From positions 87,236,001 to 87,300,000 of the forward strand of contig NW_024704743.1 of assembly GCF_018977255.1 (NCBI RefSeq): a DNA stretch of 64,000 nt, read 5' to 3'. Source of the DNA: Callorhinchus milii (taxonomy: Eukaryota). Numbering within the stretch: the first letter of the stretch is position 1; each line of letters opens with the position of its first letter. The notes under the pieces were generated by a model, which made no database searches, had not been told where the DNA came from, and saw only the letters and a list, made by a program, of their open reading frames with translations. Positions 11,851-24,490 of this stretch are shown here, in pieces. The position numbers and the translations under genes were made by a program.

Positions 11851-12909
11851 TGAAGCAGTGGGACAGCTTTCTCTGGTATGATTAATTCCTTGCAAAGGCT
11901 GGGTTTCTTTCTATCCAACTTGCTGACTCCTATTGAAAGCATTCTTATACTGAAAGACTGATTCCCTCATTAAGTTTGTTGTGAGCAGCTTTATGGAATA
12001 CACAAAGTACAGTAAATGGGAAACGCATAAGTAGTTTGAGCTGTTAGTTCTTTGAAGTATTCAACTTATAAATTACTATATTGCACATAAAGGATGAATT
12101 CACCACAACTAAATGATAGTTAACAATGGCAACAAATATAAATTTCACTTACAGTAGAAAGCTGATTATGTGCACTAAAATCATATCGCTTGCAATTAGG
12201 AGCTCTCTCTGGCAAGCTTCCTTCTGCTAGTCCAAGTAGAATCACCCTACCCCTTAGGGTTTGGGTTTGTAGGTTTAATCATCAACAATAACAAGTTGCA
12301 CTTATATAACGTCCTCCACGAATGGTAGTGTCTCAGAGCTCCTTTCGGAATTGAATGGCAAGAATCGCTGCTCCCAGCAAATGGTGTGCCCCTCGAAGAC
12401 CTGCCAATGAGCCAGACTGGCTGATCTATTTTCAGAAATGCCCTGGAGTACTGTGGACCTGCCTGGCTCAGGAGCCAGAGTGCTGATACTGCCATAAAGG
12501 ATTGATTTGATCACAATTTCATTACCAAAGCATATAGCCAGTTCAGCTCCAGGAAGACCCTGCTTACCTCCCACCACACGACAGAGGATTTTTTTTCTCC
12601 CCCTCCCACATTTAGTGCAGTTAAACCCATGAGAAAGTCATTTGTCCTATTTTCCTGAGATCTACGTTGTATTCTGGGCAAATTAAATAATTTATTGCTT
12701 GACAATAACTTGTGTACACATTGTCATATCGCAGACTGTTTACCTTGCTATTCTACCTTTTCATCAATTGGCAGGAGCTGTGCAGTAATTGTAAATGTGC
12801 CTTCCGAGATGCTACCTGCGTGAAAGGCAATACTGTGGACCTGCCTGGCTCAGGAGCCAGAATGCTGATCCTGTCACAAAGGATTGATTTGATAAATTGG
12901 AAGTTTGTT

Positions 12910-13250
12910 GTTGTCAGCTTGGCTCAGCTAGTAGATCGTTTGTCTCAAAAGGTTAGGCATTTATGGCCCATATCAGGCATGGAGCTCAGTGCGAGATGAC
13001 ACTGCTTTGTTGAAAATGACATCCTGGTGAGACATTAAACTGTGATCCCCTCTGCCTGTTCAGATGGACGTTCACGATCCCATCATATGATTTGTAGAAT
13101 GGGAAAGGAGATTCTCCCAGTGTCAAGCCCAACAGTGAATTGATCATTTACCTCATGATGATTGTTGCACCTTACTCTGTGTAAACTGGCTTACAAAAAT
13201 CACTACATTGTACAGTAATTATCTGTAAAGCACTTTGAGACCTTTTGACT
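12910..13250 (+). mobile_element. Deu-domain tRNA SINE, degenerate
   Basis: Head tgtcagcttggctcag, core gagacattaaac..tctgcctgttcagatggacgtt..gatccca, tail tgtaaagcactttgagac. Confidence 0.75.
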
Positions 13251-13263
13251 TGTACGTGTGTCT

Positions 13264-13264
<1 letters not shown>

Positions 13265-13294
<30 letters not shown>
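13265..13294. repeat. (CA)15 microsatellite
   Basis: Read directly. Confidence 0.95.
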
Positions 13295-13295
<1 letters not shown>

Positions 13296-14409
13296 GAAGG
13301 CCCACCCCCTCATTCATCCAACATTCATCAAACTTCAGGATGTTCCAATGGCAAAAGCTGATTATTTTCCCGATTGTTAAATAAAGAAGTCAGACATCCG
13401 GTACTGTTCTACTCCTGTTCTTTAAAACTTCTAAGAGCTATTCAGTTAACAGGCATTGTCATTGTTATTTCAAATCACAGGAAAGGAACAAAAGGTGCAT
13501 TCAGCAGGATTATACTGGATACTGCAGTGAGCTGTAACAAGTCACAGCACTGAGCATGAGTTGTTTTGCTTTGTAAGGCAATCCATGTTCAGATCCGTGA
13601 GGCTACCAATCAATGTACGGACACTTGGATGACATTATGGCATTTTTGGTGAATTTACACATAATTATCTCCAAAAGAACTACTACTGATTAAGCCAGGC
13701 ATTCCTCTGCTCTTCATTACCATAAAAAGATGAATGATTCCACCACATATCAATGCTCTTTAGGTTACACTAAGTACAGTGTCAACAACCATGACATCTG
13801 GAGTGTCTTATTGAAAATGTTTGATTCTTAAAATAGTGACGGAAGCTCAAAAGATCTGCGACACTAGAGATATCCAGTTATCCCAATGTCAGGGAAAGTA
13901 TCTCGTAGAAAGCCAAAGAACAAGCTTGGAGATTCTGATTGATTGTTTGCTTTGATTAGTTCTGTTTATGTAGTGTTCAGCAGAAACAAACTCCTATTGT
14001 GTATAAGAACTGAAATGTAAGTGAAATAAATTGCATTCATTGTCTCCGGTGAGTTCAGGCTGCAGGTTAAACAAAATTCTGAGGACTGATTTGTGAGTAG
14101 AATTGGTCAGTTCAAGGAATCTGAGTGCATGCAATATGTTGCCAGGTTTTTCTAAAGTAATTTGTGTACATGGACTTTGGCATTTCAACGCTTTCTGTGA
14201 CTGCCAAACTGGTTCTGGTGGAAGGATCAATAGAGCTAGAGATGATTGAATGTTGTGTTGGACTTGAGTTATTTGTAATTTTAGTCTAAGAAAAGCAATG
14301 TCCAGACATTTAATATAGGGTTGCTCTGCATTTCTATAAGGTTTATTTTTGGAGACAGAGAATTTTGCAGAATCTCACTTTGGTGTGCTGGGTAAAGTCC
14401 AGGAATTAA

Positions 14410-14785
14410 AAGATTTTTATAGCACCTTATCACATCAATTCCTGTTATCTAGGAATTAAATGTCAAATGTAGTGAGTTTTTTTTTCTAAGCAAATGCATT
14501 TTGGTCATAGCAAAGCCCCACAAAGAGCCTTGAGATGAATGGCAAATTAGTCTGGAGGATTGGCCAGGACATAAGGAGAAACTTCCTTCTCTTTTCGCTA
14601 AGTGATGTAGAATCAATAATGTTCATCTGAGAGGACAGACATTGGTTTAACATTTAATTCAAGTGACTAAATCTCCAACAGTATTGTACAACCAGGGCTG
14701 TGAGCTTTAGTCTTTATGTGGGGTTTGAACCCAATCTTCTGACCCAGAGGTCAGAATGCTACCAACTGAGTGAAACTGACACCTA
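14410..14785 (-). mobile_element. Deu-domain tRNA SINE, degenerate
   Basis: Reverse head (tttgaaccc..ttctgaccc..ctaccaactgag..ctgacac), core and tail remnants. Confidence 0.7.
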
Positions 14786-15124
14786 ACTGCTCACTGTCTA
14801 AGAAAGGAACAGACTTTAATAAAAGGAATGCACTTTCCCATTTCATGCCTTGTTGCACTTCATGCTTTTTTTTAGTATCTCATTGTAGAATCTCAAGTCA
14901 AGATTTAAGTTCTGAAGCCGAAATCTGCCCTATTTAAAATGTCACCAGTCAGTCAGTGGTCTTGATTTTATTGATTAACCACCTGAAAATTCTCATGGTC
15001 TTATCTTTCTTAAAATGATGATAATCCTTGCATTTTGTTTAGATCATGCAACATTTTGGAAAATTCTTACATTTAATCTTGATTTTGAAACTGTTGTTCC
15101 ACAGTTTTTAAAAAAAATCTTGGC

Positions 15125-15590
15125 CACTACTCGCTATCGGTGGCCAGGATTCCACCCACTTGCCCCCACATTAAATGCTCTCCCTAAATCCCTCCACCTT
15201 TCATCCACCCTCTCTGCTTCCCCACATCCAAGCCATGACTCGCTCTGCCTTCCCTCACCTCCGTAACATCGCCTGACTCCCCCACTACCTCTCCCCTCAG
15301 GGCGCTGAAACTCTGCTCAGCTGGCTCCAGTCTGCTCCACGTCCCCCGACCCACTCGCCCCCACCATTAGCAGAAGAGCCTTCAGGCACTCTGCCCCCAA
15401 CCTCTGGAATTCCAACCCCCAATCACTCCACCTCGCCCCCTCCTTCGCCTCAAAACTTCCTCTTCGACCATGCCATCGGTCAACCCTCTTCCCCTCCCCT
15501 CCCTTCTCCCTCCCTAACCCCAGCTCGGGTCTGAAATGCTGTAGACTGTCCAGCGCCTTGGGACAAATGTAATCTTGTTATCGTTGATTC
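15125..15590 (+). mobile_element. L2 LINE 3' fragments
   Basis: ttccctcacctccgtaacatcgcctgactcc..gctgaaactctg; cccaccattagcagaagagccttcagg..ctctggaattcc..cttcgaccatgcc..agcgccttgggac. Confidence 0.75.
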
Positions 15591-16384
15591 AAAATCCTTT
15601 CTAAAATTCTGCCCCTTTTAATCCAACTTTGGTCACCTCCTTTCTATTCTCCCCCCAACCTCTATCCGTTGCCTAGGATCCCACTTCATCTCTGTGCTTT
15701 GAGTCATTTAACTAGGTGAAAGGTGTTCAATAATTGCAGGTTGCCTGAAAATATTTTCTAAGGGATTATCACTATCTGGCCACCACAACATTTATCCAGC
15801 ATTTCCGAGTGGGGAATGGAGGAATCAAATTAACAGAACAGACTAGAAGAGCAGACTTTCTTTCAAAATTAGCAAAACTGGCTGATCCAGAATATTTCTA
15901 CTTGTGGGAAGGGAGAGCGTTTCTGTATTTAATTCTTCTAATTCACTGAAGGCATCCCTAATTAAATCACAGGATGATTATTTATAAACTGGCTGTTTGT
16001 TTCAAAGCAGGGCAAGAGTTTGCTTCGGGGTGAAAATAAGATTTTTATTATTTAAAAAAATTTGTTGAACTTATTTTAACTTCAGGTTTAGGAGCGAGAA
16101 CTGAATGTAGGCTTTAGTAATGTGCATTCCTGAGTTTTACTTTGCATGATATAACAGATAAATATGCATCAGCAAGAAAAGGCTTTGTTGCAAAAATCAA
16201 ATATTATACTGTAAGCAATATTTAAAAGTCTTTGTTGAAATGCCTTCCCCACCATGACTAAGTTATAGAACTAGTGTAATTCAGAACTAAAAATATTTCT
16301 AGACTGCTCAAGTTTTAACAGGAAGCTGGGCTATATCAGCAAATAAGTTGAGTTAAGATCCCCAGAATTCATACTCAACCAATA

Positions 16385-17090
16385 CAGTTCTCTGGTCAAG
16401 CCACACCTAGATTACTGCATACAATTCTATTGCATAAATGAGCTGCCCAGGAAGAGCAGAGCAAAGAAGAAGAGAGCAACGAGACAGTTCCCTAGTGTTA
16501 GACAAATTAGCAATGATTATTGCTTATCAATAATAATAATAATCCTTGCGTTTGGTACAGTGCTTTATCATATCTTCGAGACATCTCAAAGCATTTCACA
16601 GAATATATCGTAAAGTGAATTGACTGGATATCTTGTGGCCAAAACGTAGCACAGTAATTGCTCTAACCACTTAGCTACAATGAATCTTGCTTATTAGTTG
16701 TTTGTTGTAGACAAGCTAGGGCTCTTCAGTTGAAAGGAAAGATCTCAGTGAGGATCTTATAGAGGTATATACAGTTTTAAATGGGATTGAGAAAGTAAAC
16801 CCAGACAATATTTTCAGATAAACCAAGACAGCAGAACCAAGTGGAAGTGAGTTTAGAGTTGGCAATTTCAATTTCAAAGGCAATTTCAGGATAGATATCA
16901 GGAAACATTTATTTTACCTAGAGGATAATTAAGTATTGGAACAGGTTGCCTGGAAGGGTGGTTGAGGCCAGGACACTGGACTCCTCTAAATTAGTTTCAT
17001 GCTGTGTTGGGAAGACAATAGGACATGTATTCTGGAAGAATGAGATCAAATGAAGCCAAGGTCCTTTCTCATCAGAATCAATCTTGTGAG
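16385..17090 (+). mobile_element. Old CR1 3' region with a SINE inserted at 16528-16686
   Basis: ctggtcaagccacacctagattactgcatacaattc (LVKPHLDYCIQF), gatcttatagaggtatat, tggaacaggttgcctggaagggtggttgagg. Confidence 0.8.
16528..16686 (-). mobile_element. Internally deleted family-A SINE with an 8-bp target-site duplication
   Basis: Tail (aat)n-ccttgcgtttg.. joined to head remnant tgctctaaccacttagctaca. ttgcttat occurs at 16520-16527 and 16687-16694. Confidence 0.75.
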
Positions 17091-17288
17091 AACTGACAGG
17101 ATATAAACTGAATAATCCAGGTATCAGATGAATTTTACCATACCTGCTATAGGGATGGGGAGCTTTACTTATCTGGTGAGACTAATACAACTGAGACCAT
17201 GTTCAATTACATAGAGAAGGTTGAGCAGAGTCATAATGGAGGTTTTTAACATTTCTGGGAGATTTTGATGAATTAAACGGGGAGAAAC

Positions 17289-17531
17289 AAGTGACAAACT
17301 GGTTCTCTGAAAGGGCTTGGGATTGTCAAGTAAAATGGGAACCCGGAGTCATAGGGGGTGACGATTGGTAAAGGCACTCATTCGGCATTAAATATCTGCA
17401 CGTTTGAAATCTTTGTCGGGGCTTAAATGGAATTTCTCAACTAGGCTGCAAGGTGTGGTAAGCACCGAGAGCTATTCACAGGGGCACATAGGAAATGTTC
17501 CCATTTTTCCAGATAGTCAATCCGCCCCCTG
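17289..17531. mobile_element. hAT-type MITE (243 bp) inserted in a CR1 3' fragment (about 17205-17672, +)
   Basis: Perfect 8-bp TSD ggagaaac at 17281-17288 and 17532-17539. Right end tcaatccgccccctg; the left end is decayed (aagtgacaaactgg). CR1 sequence resumes across the site. Confidence 0.7.
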
Positions 17532-17714
17532 GGAGAAACTATTTTCACTGAGCAGTGAATCAGTAACTGGCAGATTAAACTCAGACTAAATGGATAGTTC
17601 TTTCAGGGAATCAGTGTAGGCACAATGGGCTGATTGGCCTCTATTATGCTGTACATTTTGATGATTCTATGCTTTCTTTACACATGAAATTCCAATAGTA
17701 GCTTTGAATGGGAA

Positions 17715-17905
17715 ATGGATCTCTGGGTAGCGATGAGGAAAACAGCAAATGTAGTTGATTTCCCCCCCCCCACCACCTAACCCAGGGCACCATGTCAATT
17801 ATAGCATCTCTACTACCAATCCAGCTGAGATCAGCATATTAATGCACACTGGGGATCTAACCTGGGACCTCACTGATCCAAATAGCTCAGAACACATCAG
17901 CATTG
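17715..17905 (-). mobile_element. LF-SINE-like ancient SINE
   Basis: Reverse complement reads aggtcccaggttagatccccagtgtg..gctgatctcagctgg..gtagagatgctataattg..cctgggttagg..ggaaatcaac..atcgctacccagagatcc. Confidence 0.6.
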
Positions 17906-18404
17906 AGATCATCAGGGAAGCTCACACTCATCGCTTTTAATCCTGCTGTGTGTCTTGTGTGGAGCAGTGGTCTGTTCTTGGCTCTACACTTACTGTTCGA
18001 CAAAGGTTCAACGAGACAAATCTCACCCAAAGGCTTAAAGAGAAAGTGTGTGGAGAGCAGTCTGCCACATAGATTTAAAGCTCACATAAAAGTATAAGTG
18101 TGTTTAAAAACATAATTTATATTGCTTAACACCACCCATGGTAGTAGTCTCGGAAATCACAAATCTTAAACAAATAAGCTTTCTGTTGGTAGCTTGTCAT
18201 TACTTCCTGGGCGTGATAGTTCAGAGCTGTTGTAATTTCAGTCATAGAGCAATCCTCAGAATGGTGCTGAACAAGGAAGCCACAAATCTCAATCAATAGG
18301 ACTTTCTATTAATACCCTGCTTTGAAGGCTGCTGTACCATTTCTCAAAGCTATCAGTATTTCTATAAATAAACAAATAGATTAATATTGCAGTGAAGATT
18401 TCAA

Positions 18405-18672
18405 TTCCAGTGCAGGGCTAGTGTAATGCCCTATTGATTGAGATTCCATTCTTTGGAAGAGACGTTAAACTGAGGTCCCGTCTGCCTGAGCAGGTGGACA
18501 GGATACTATTTAAAAAGAGAAGGGTATTTGTCTGGGTATCCTGTCAATAAGGTGAACAAATTGGTTGATGTGTTGCTTATAAATACACAATCACTAAACC
18601 TCATAGTCACTCTTTGAGCCAACTTGACAATGTGATAAGGCGCTGTATAAAATGTAAGGTTTATTGTTATTA
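18405..18672 (+). mobile_element. Deu-domain SINE, partial
   Basis: gagacgttaaactgaggtcccgtctgcctgagcaggtggac core; gtgataaggcgctgtataaaatgtaagg tail. Confidence 0.75.
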
Positions 18673-20659
18673 GTTTTCCAGTGCATTCATTAGTATTACA
18701 ATCCTCTGTGTGAAAAAATGTTTTCTTATCCATTGGGCAATATTGCCCTCTCTACCCCAAGCCACAACAGTACACAAATCATCGAGTCAGCAATATTGGG
18801 GTAATAATCTGAACAAAATGGTGCTTTTTCTTGACCCTACCCCATGTTACTCCTCTAATTCTTTCTCATCCCCCCACACACCATGAAGATGTGCACTTTT
18901 GGGTCTCTTTCTTGCATTTAAGGAGCAACTTCATTGATACAAATGAGTCAACGAACAGTTTAAGAACATAAGAATTGATGGGCGAAAGAAGACCAAGATC
19001 TATCCAGTTCTCCTTTCACCATCCTGGCAATCACATGACATGTCATGTCCCAAACTATGTTGTTTGTATGAATCCCCATCAAAAAATGGCACAAATACTA
19101 TTCTGGAGGAGTTTGACTGACATGGACGTTGTGTTCATTGGAAGAAATGGATTGCATCTTTCTTTCTTCTTTATCATTTAAGAGTATTTGTAAACCTATG
19201 TAGTAATGAAACTGTGGACTGCTTATTGAAAGTGGTTGGAAGCCCATTAAAATTAGCAGATGTATGTGAATTCAGAAGTACTTTTTCCTGCTGCCAAATA
19301 AAATGGATGTTTGAATGCTTTCGTGTAGTCAAAAGAAATGTACTACATCTATTGCATGTCATGCAATATTTTTGTGTGCAAAATATTATTTACTAAGTAG
19401 GTTGCAGAGGTAGAGTGTGGAGGGATTTAAAGGTGCGAACAAGAATCTTGAACTTGAACCATATCTTAAATGTCCTGACAGCATTTGGAACAAAATCCTG
19501 TACCTCTTTCTGATTCATCTCCATCTGCTTCTGAAGGAGAGCTTAGATTCAGTTATGAAAGAGTACTGTTTGTGGGTAATTCCAGTAATCCAAACCAAGT
19601 ATTCATCTCTTATACTAACCGTGCTCTGGTAATACAATTTACCAGATGAAATCTACCTAAATGGTTTTGGTAAGTACATGCTGCATTTTGATGGGGGAAG
19701 TATCCTAAGTGAAGGTCAAGTCTTTCTACTTAAGTTGTAGAACATTCTGTTCAATAGCATTTCTGTATTGTAAAAAACATTTGAACATTTAATATGGAAA
19801 TATAGATGTTTTCAGTAGGGAAAGAAGCCATTCGGACAATCATGTATGTTCCACTGTTAACTTTTTTTTATTAAACTCCCTTTCCAGTTCTTTCCCATTG
19901 TCTTGATATTTTTACTTCTCAAGTGTGGATAACAATAATAATCCTTGCATTTGACTGTGCCTTATCATGATATCGAAACATCTCAAAATGCTTCATAGGA
20001 CTTTACTGTAAACTGTAGTGACTGTGTTTGTCAGTGCAGAAGAAAATTATTTCCTTTTGAATAATTCTTTTGAACCAGTCGTAATTATTGGTAGTAACAA
20101 ATTCCACATCCTTCCATGAGATGTTTCTGCAATATAGTCTCTGGATTCTGGCGCTGTGGAAACTGGTGTATTTATATCGATGATTTCAACTATTCATTGC
20201 AACGCAGTGAATAACAAGAATGAGGAAGACCCAAGATAGCTGGAAAAGCTTTGTTGTTATGTGTACTCTTTTTTAATGTTCTGTGTTCTTAAATGATCGT
20301 TGATTCATTCAGTTGCAGGGCATGTGGTGTTTTGATAGTATTGAGGCATGTATTGCATTGAAGGCATTGTAAACAGCACTTATTATTTTTATTTGCTCAC
20401 ATCTTCCATGTCAGTATAAGCACTTCACGTGTAATTAATTTGGACTTGAAAGATTGTCTGGAATAGCCTTCCAGAAATGGAATTAAGTCAGTTCAGCAAA
20501 TCCACTACTTCAGCATTACTTCAGCATGAAGTCAGATGAAATCAACTTAGTTCTGTCAGTTGAGTGCTGCTTCACCATTTTAATAGCCTCCAGAAATAAT
20601 TTAAAGACAGCAACTGTGTCATATCACCCGACAATCAATGCAAAAGGGCAAGAATTTTT

Positions 20660-20800
20660 CATGCTTGCCGCTAAGCGCAGGGTCTTTGCTAAGTGGAGGA
20701 GAGCGTCTTTACTAAACTGAGCAAACCATTTTTGCTAAGGTAAGATGAACAAGTGGAGCATCTTTGCTAAGATAAGATGAGTGGAGTGGAGAGTCTTAGC
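20660..20800. repeat. Degenerate minisatellite-like array with tctttgctaag core
   Basis: About five spaced copies of (t)ctttgctaag or close variants, with gagcatc / agatgag / gtggag spacers. Confidence 0.65.
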
Positions 20801-21584
20801 AATATGCACCAGAGTGACTTAAATGCTTCTGTTGGACACACATCTTCAGGTCTTGGCTGACATTCAGCAGCCCAGGGAAATCCTCACCCATGTTGTCGCC
20901 ACAGTATATTATCGTTCCGTGCAAGTCCAGAATAACCATGTCCATCAGTTAAATGATACATTGAACAGTCAGAAAATAAAGGCAACTGTCAGCAAAGTAG
21001 ATGACCTGCCAACAAATTAGGAGAAGTGCTCCTCGCTGACACTCATGCCAGATAAAGAGACAAAGACTGGGGAAGTATCCATATCGTCAGGCAGCTTACA
21101 AGACATGGTAGAAAACTGAACTGCGCTTTCCGAGGATAATGTATACAAAACCTCATAGATATCAGGCAGGGTACTCTGTCTCCATGTATATCTTCTCTGA
21201 TAGCTGGTGTTTGTCTTCATCTGTTCAGGGAGAGCACAATTCCTCTTCTGTCATCTTGAGGTGCTGAGGACTTTGATTTCCCTTGGTAAAGAGGCAGGTG
21301 CATATCAGAAAAGAGAAAAGGTAGCCAAGGTTTCTGCTTCAAATCATTTCCTTATGGTGCCTGCTGGAATGTGCACACGTGTGGATGTCCAGTGAGGACT
21401 AATTGGGCTTGGCTCAACTGCCAACCAACTCATTCCCAACAACATCAGGGAAATTTACCATTTTTATATTAGACACATTTTTGAGTGACACTGCAACTTA
21501 ATTCAAAAGTGCCAAATTCAGAGCATCTTGGGGCTGTAGATTCAAGCCTACCACAAACTAGATTGAGATTGTCCAATCTAATTT

Positions 21585-21740
21585 ATAATTATAATAATCG
21601 TTGCATTTGATATAGCGCCTTATCAAGACGTTGAGACGCCTCAAAGTGCTTCACAGTATATATTGTAAAGTGAACTGATTGTATATTTTGTGGGCAAAAC
21701 GCAGCAGCCAATTGCGCACAGTAGTGTCCCACAAACATTA
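21585..21740 (-). mobile_element. SINE 3' tail fragment
   Basis: ttgcatttgatatagcgccttatca..cagccaattgcgcacagtagtgtcccacaaaca. Similar isolated tails occur near 3220, 19935, 23565, 31900, 32385, 36850, 37350, 38830 and 53055. Confidence 0.85.
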
Positions 21741-22422
21741 TCCATTCAGGTCTCAATTTACTAAAGATCTGTATGGTCAGCAAAATCGCTCACCCTGTTA
21801 CTTTCATGTCCTGGGCCTGATCATTTCCTGACAATACGTAAAAAATTTTTTACAGTAAAGCAATGTTGAGGCCAGTACACCGACTGTTCACTGCACAAAT
21901 TGTTCACTACGCACTGCAGCTGCAAATTGCATTGCAGTTGCACATTAAGGAATTCTGTCCGTGGTAGTTTCAGCAAGTCAGCAATTTAATTAACAATGCT
22001 GGAACAAACAATGCTTGAAAAAGATGCTGCAATAATGGCTTAAACTTTCTGTCTGCAGCTCACACAGTTTGGCACTGTTGTGTAAAAGGCATATTGTGTT
22101 GTACAATTACTAGAGTGCTTTGATGATATGGGTGCATCGCCATCAGTATTATGCAAATACTGAAAACGTAATCACCATTTGTCTATTACTGTTGCTTTCA
22201 CAGGCCTTCCTACCAATATTCATGACATAATCCCAGGTGCCTTGCTGTTAAACATTCCATTTTAAACATCCCTGAAGAGAAATTCCTCCTGGATCTAGAT
22301 TTACGCTATTTATGTAACATTTTAGAGCTTCTAGAATTTACCAAATTGTTGATTTTAGTCTTGCCTTAAAAACAAGCAAGACATATTAAAGCAAAGGATA
22401 TTGCCTATAGATTCACAGTCGC

Positions 22423-22871
22423 TAATAATAATAATCTTTACATTTGGTACAGCGCCTTTAAAGTCAGGAGGATGCCTAAAAGCCTTCACAGGAATAAAGT
22501 GCAATGACCATGTTTTGTGGTTCAATGCAGTAGCTAATTTTTGCACACACCAATGTCACACAAACAGCCATGGAGTGAGCGACCAATTTTATTTGGGGGA
22601 TTGTTAGCCAGGACACTGGGAAAACTCCCTTCTCTTTTTGAATAGTGCTATGGGATCTTTAACATTCAGCTGAACAGGTGGACAGAGCCTCGGTTTAACG
22701 TCTCATCCGCCTCTGACAATGTCTCGTGCCACCTCCGACAATGTAGCACACTCCAGTACTGTATTAAAGTCCCACTATACACTATATGAGTTCTAACTCC
22801 CAATGGTGGGTTTGAACCCACAACCTTTTGACTCAGAAACAAGAATTCTACCAACTGAGTCAGGCTGATAC
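22423..22871 (-). mobile_element. Deu-domain tRNA SINE, full length
   Basis: Head, Deu core (gatgagacgttaaaccgaggctctgtccacctgttcag on minus) and (tta)n tail are all present. Confidence 0.88.
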
Positions 22872-24324
22872 AAATACAAGGATGTTATAATTATTACAAT
22901 TATTTTATGTAGTTCTCAAAAGAACTTGTAGAAAATCAGCTTCAAAATTAATGCTGTATTTAAGAACTTGCCAAATTCTGGTAGGTCTGAAATATTACAG
23001 AAATAGAGTAAATCTAAACCAATTTTTTTTAAAAAAAACATACCCACTCTGGAGCCACCTTTAACTCATCTTATGTTTCAAAATGTTACTATCTCTTATG
23101 TTACCTTTTCTTCTCTGGTAGCTGGTATGTGCTGTTATCTGTCAAGCAGAGAACAAGGCATTTCCATAGTACTGGATGTCTTCCAACCTTAGAGACTCAT
23201 ATGAGAAAATATCAAATACTGTACCCAGAATTCAATTATGAAACACAAAACCAATATGAAAACAAACTATTATGGGATCTACCTCCTAAATTCAGTACTA
23301 TTTGCTCAGTTATCACATATAATGATTTACTTGCCAATTGTAATTTTTGAGAAGTCAACTGTGGATTTTCACTCAATAAGTATACCTTTAGTTTAGAAAC
23401 ACCAAATGTTTGAGCCATTGATACTACTAGGATGCAGTATACTGCACAAATGACAAAAACCCACCCACTTGCCCACCTATTTTTATCTACTATATGGTGG
23501 ATGTGAAACATCAAGGCTGTTCCTTATCTCACAGTCCAGCTAAGAGTTATAATAATAAGTAATGAAATAATCCTGGCATTTATTATAGTGCCTTTTACAT
23601 GGGAATGGGTAGGTGGGGAGAAGGGGGTTTGTAACAAACACCTCAAAGTGCTTCACAGAATTTTTGCTGTAAAATGTAGTGACTGTTTTATAAGTGAGCC
23701 TAGTAGCCAACTTTTACACATTCCACATCCTCAACAACTGTGTGAAGAAATACTTCCAAACCTCCGTTCTAATTATCTTAGTTCTGATTTTAAGGTGATG
23801 ACCCTTGTAACGGATCCCTCCACCAGAAGAAAGTACTGTCCACCGCCAATCTATCAATTCCTTTCATTATTTCAAATACCTCAGTCAAATCACCCTTTAA
23901 CTTTCTTTCTCTGCTCTGATGGAGAGTGAATGTACACATCATACCAGACAAAAGAAGTTCTTAGTTGTTTTGTTGATTGGTTCCTGCAGGAATCAAATGA
24001 CTAAAATAAATTAACACAACTGCTTTTTTCCAGTGTTTCATGTTCATTTTTGCACCTTGTTATAATATGATGGAAATGGGGGATTTTAAATCATACTCTG
24101 CTGTACTGATCATTGAAATGTTCATTTGAACTACAAAAGGGGTAATCTGATTCACTTGGTTCCACCTCACTGTCTTCTCTTTGGTACATTACAATTATTT
24201 GTTCTTCCAGAATGATGTAGGAATGTTCTATTTTATCTGCTTTTCTATTCAGAAGAAGTCTTATGCAGGAAAGACTTGATTCCAATGTGCATGCATATTG
24301 TATAGCTCTGTATTGTGTACAGGT

Positions 24325-24490
24325 TCAATAACAACTTTCAAGGGGGATTTAGATAGGTACTTGTAAAGAATTCTTTTTTAAGGATATGGGGAAAAAGTGG
24401 GGAGTGGGACTGATTGGGTAGCTCTTCCAAAGAGCCGGTACAGGCATGATGGGCCGAATGGCCTCCTTCTGTGCTGTAATATTCTATGAT
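24325..24490 (+). mobile_element. CR1 extreme 3' end
   Basis: ggatatggggaaaaagtgggg..gagccggtacaggcatgatgggccgaatggcctccttctgtgctgtaatattctatgat. Confidence 0.9.

Noticed and set aside
19640..19676. Strong donor TTG|gtaagt as an OXR1 coding exon end
   Set aside because: The nearest ATG gives phase 0. The phase-2 reading would form TG+A = stop and has an upstream stop.
20660..20800. CRISPR-like repeat-spacer pattern
   Set aside because: The repeats are only about 11 bp and irregular, and the spacers resemble each other, so this is a degenerate minisatellite.
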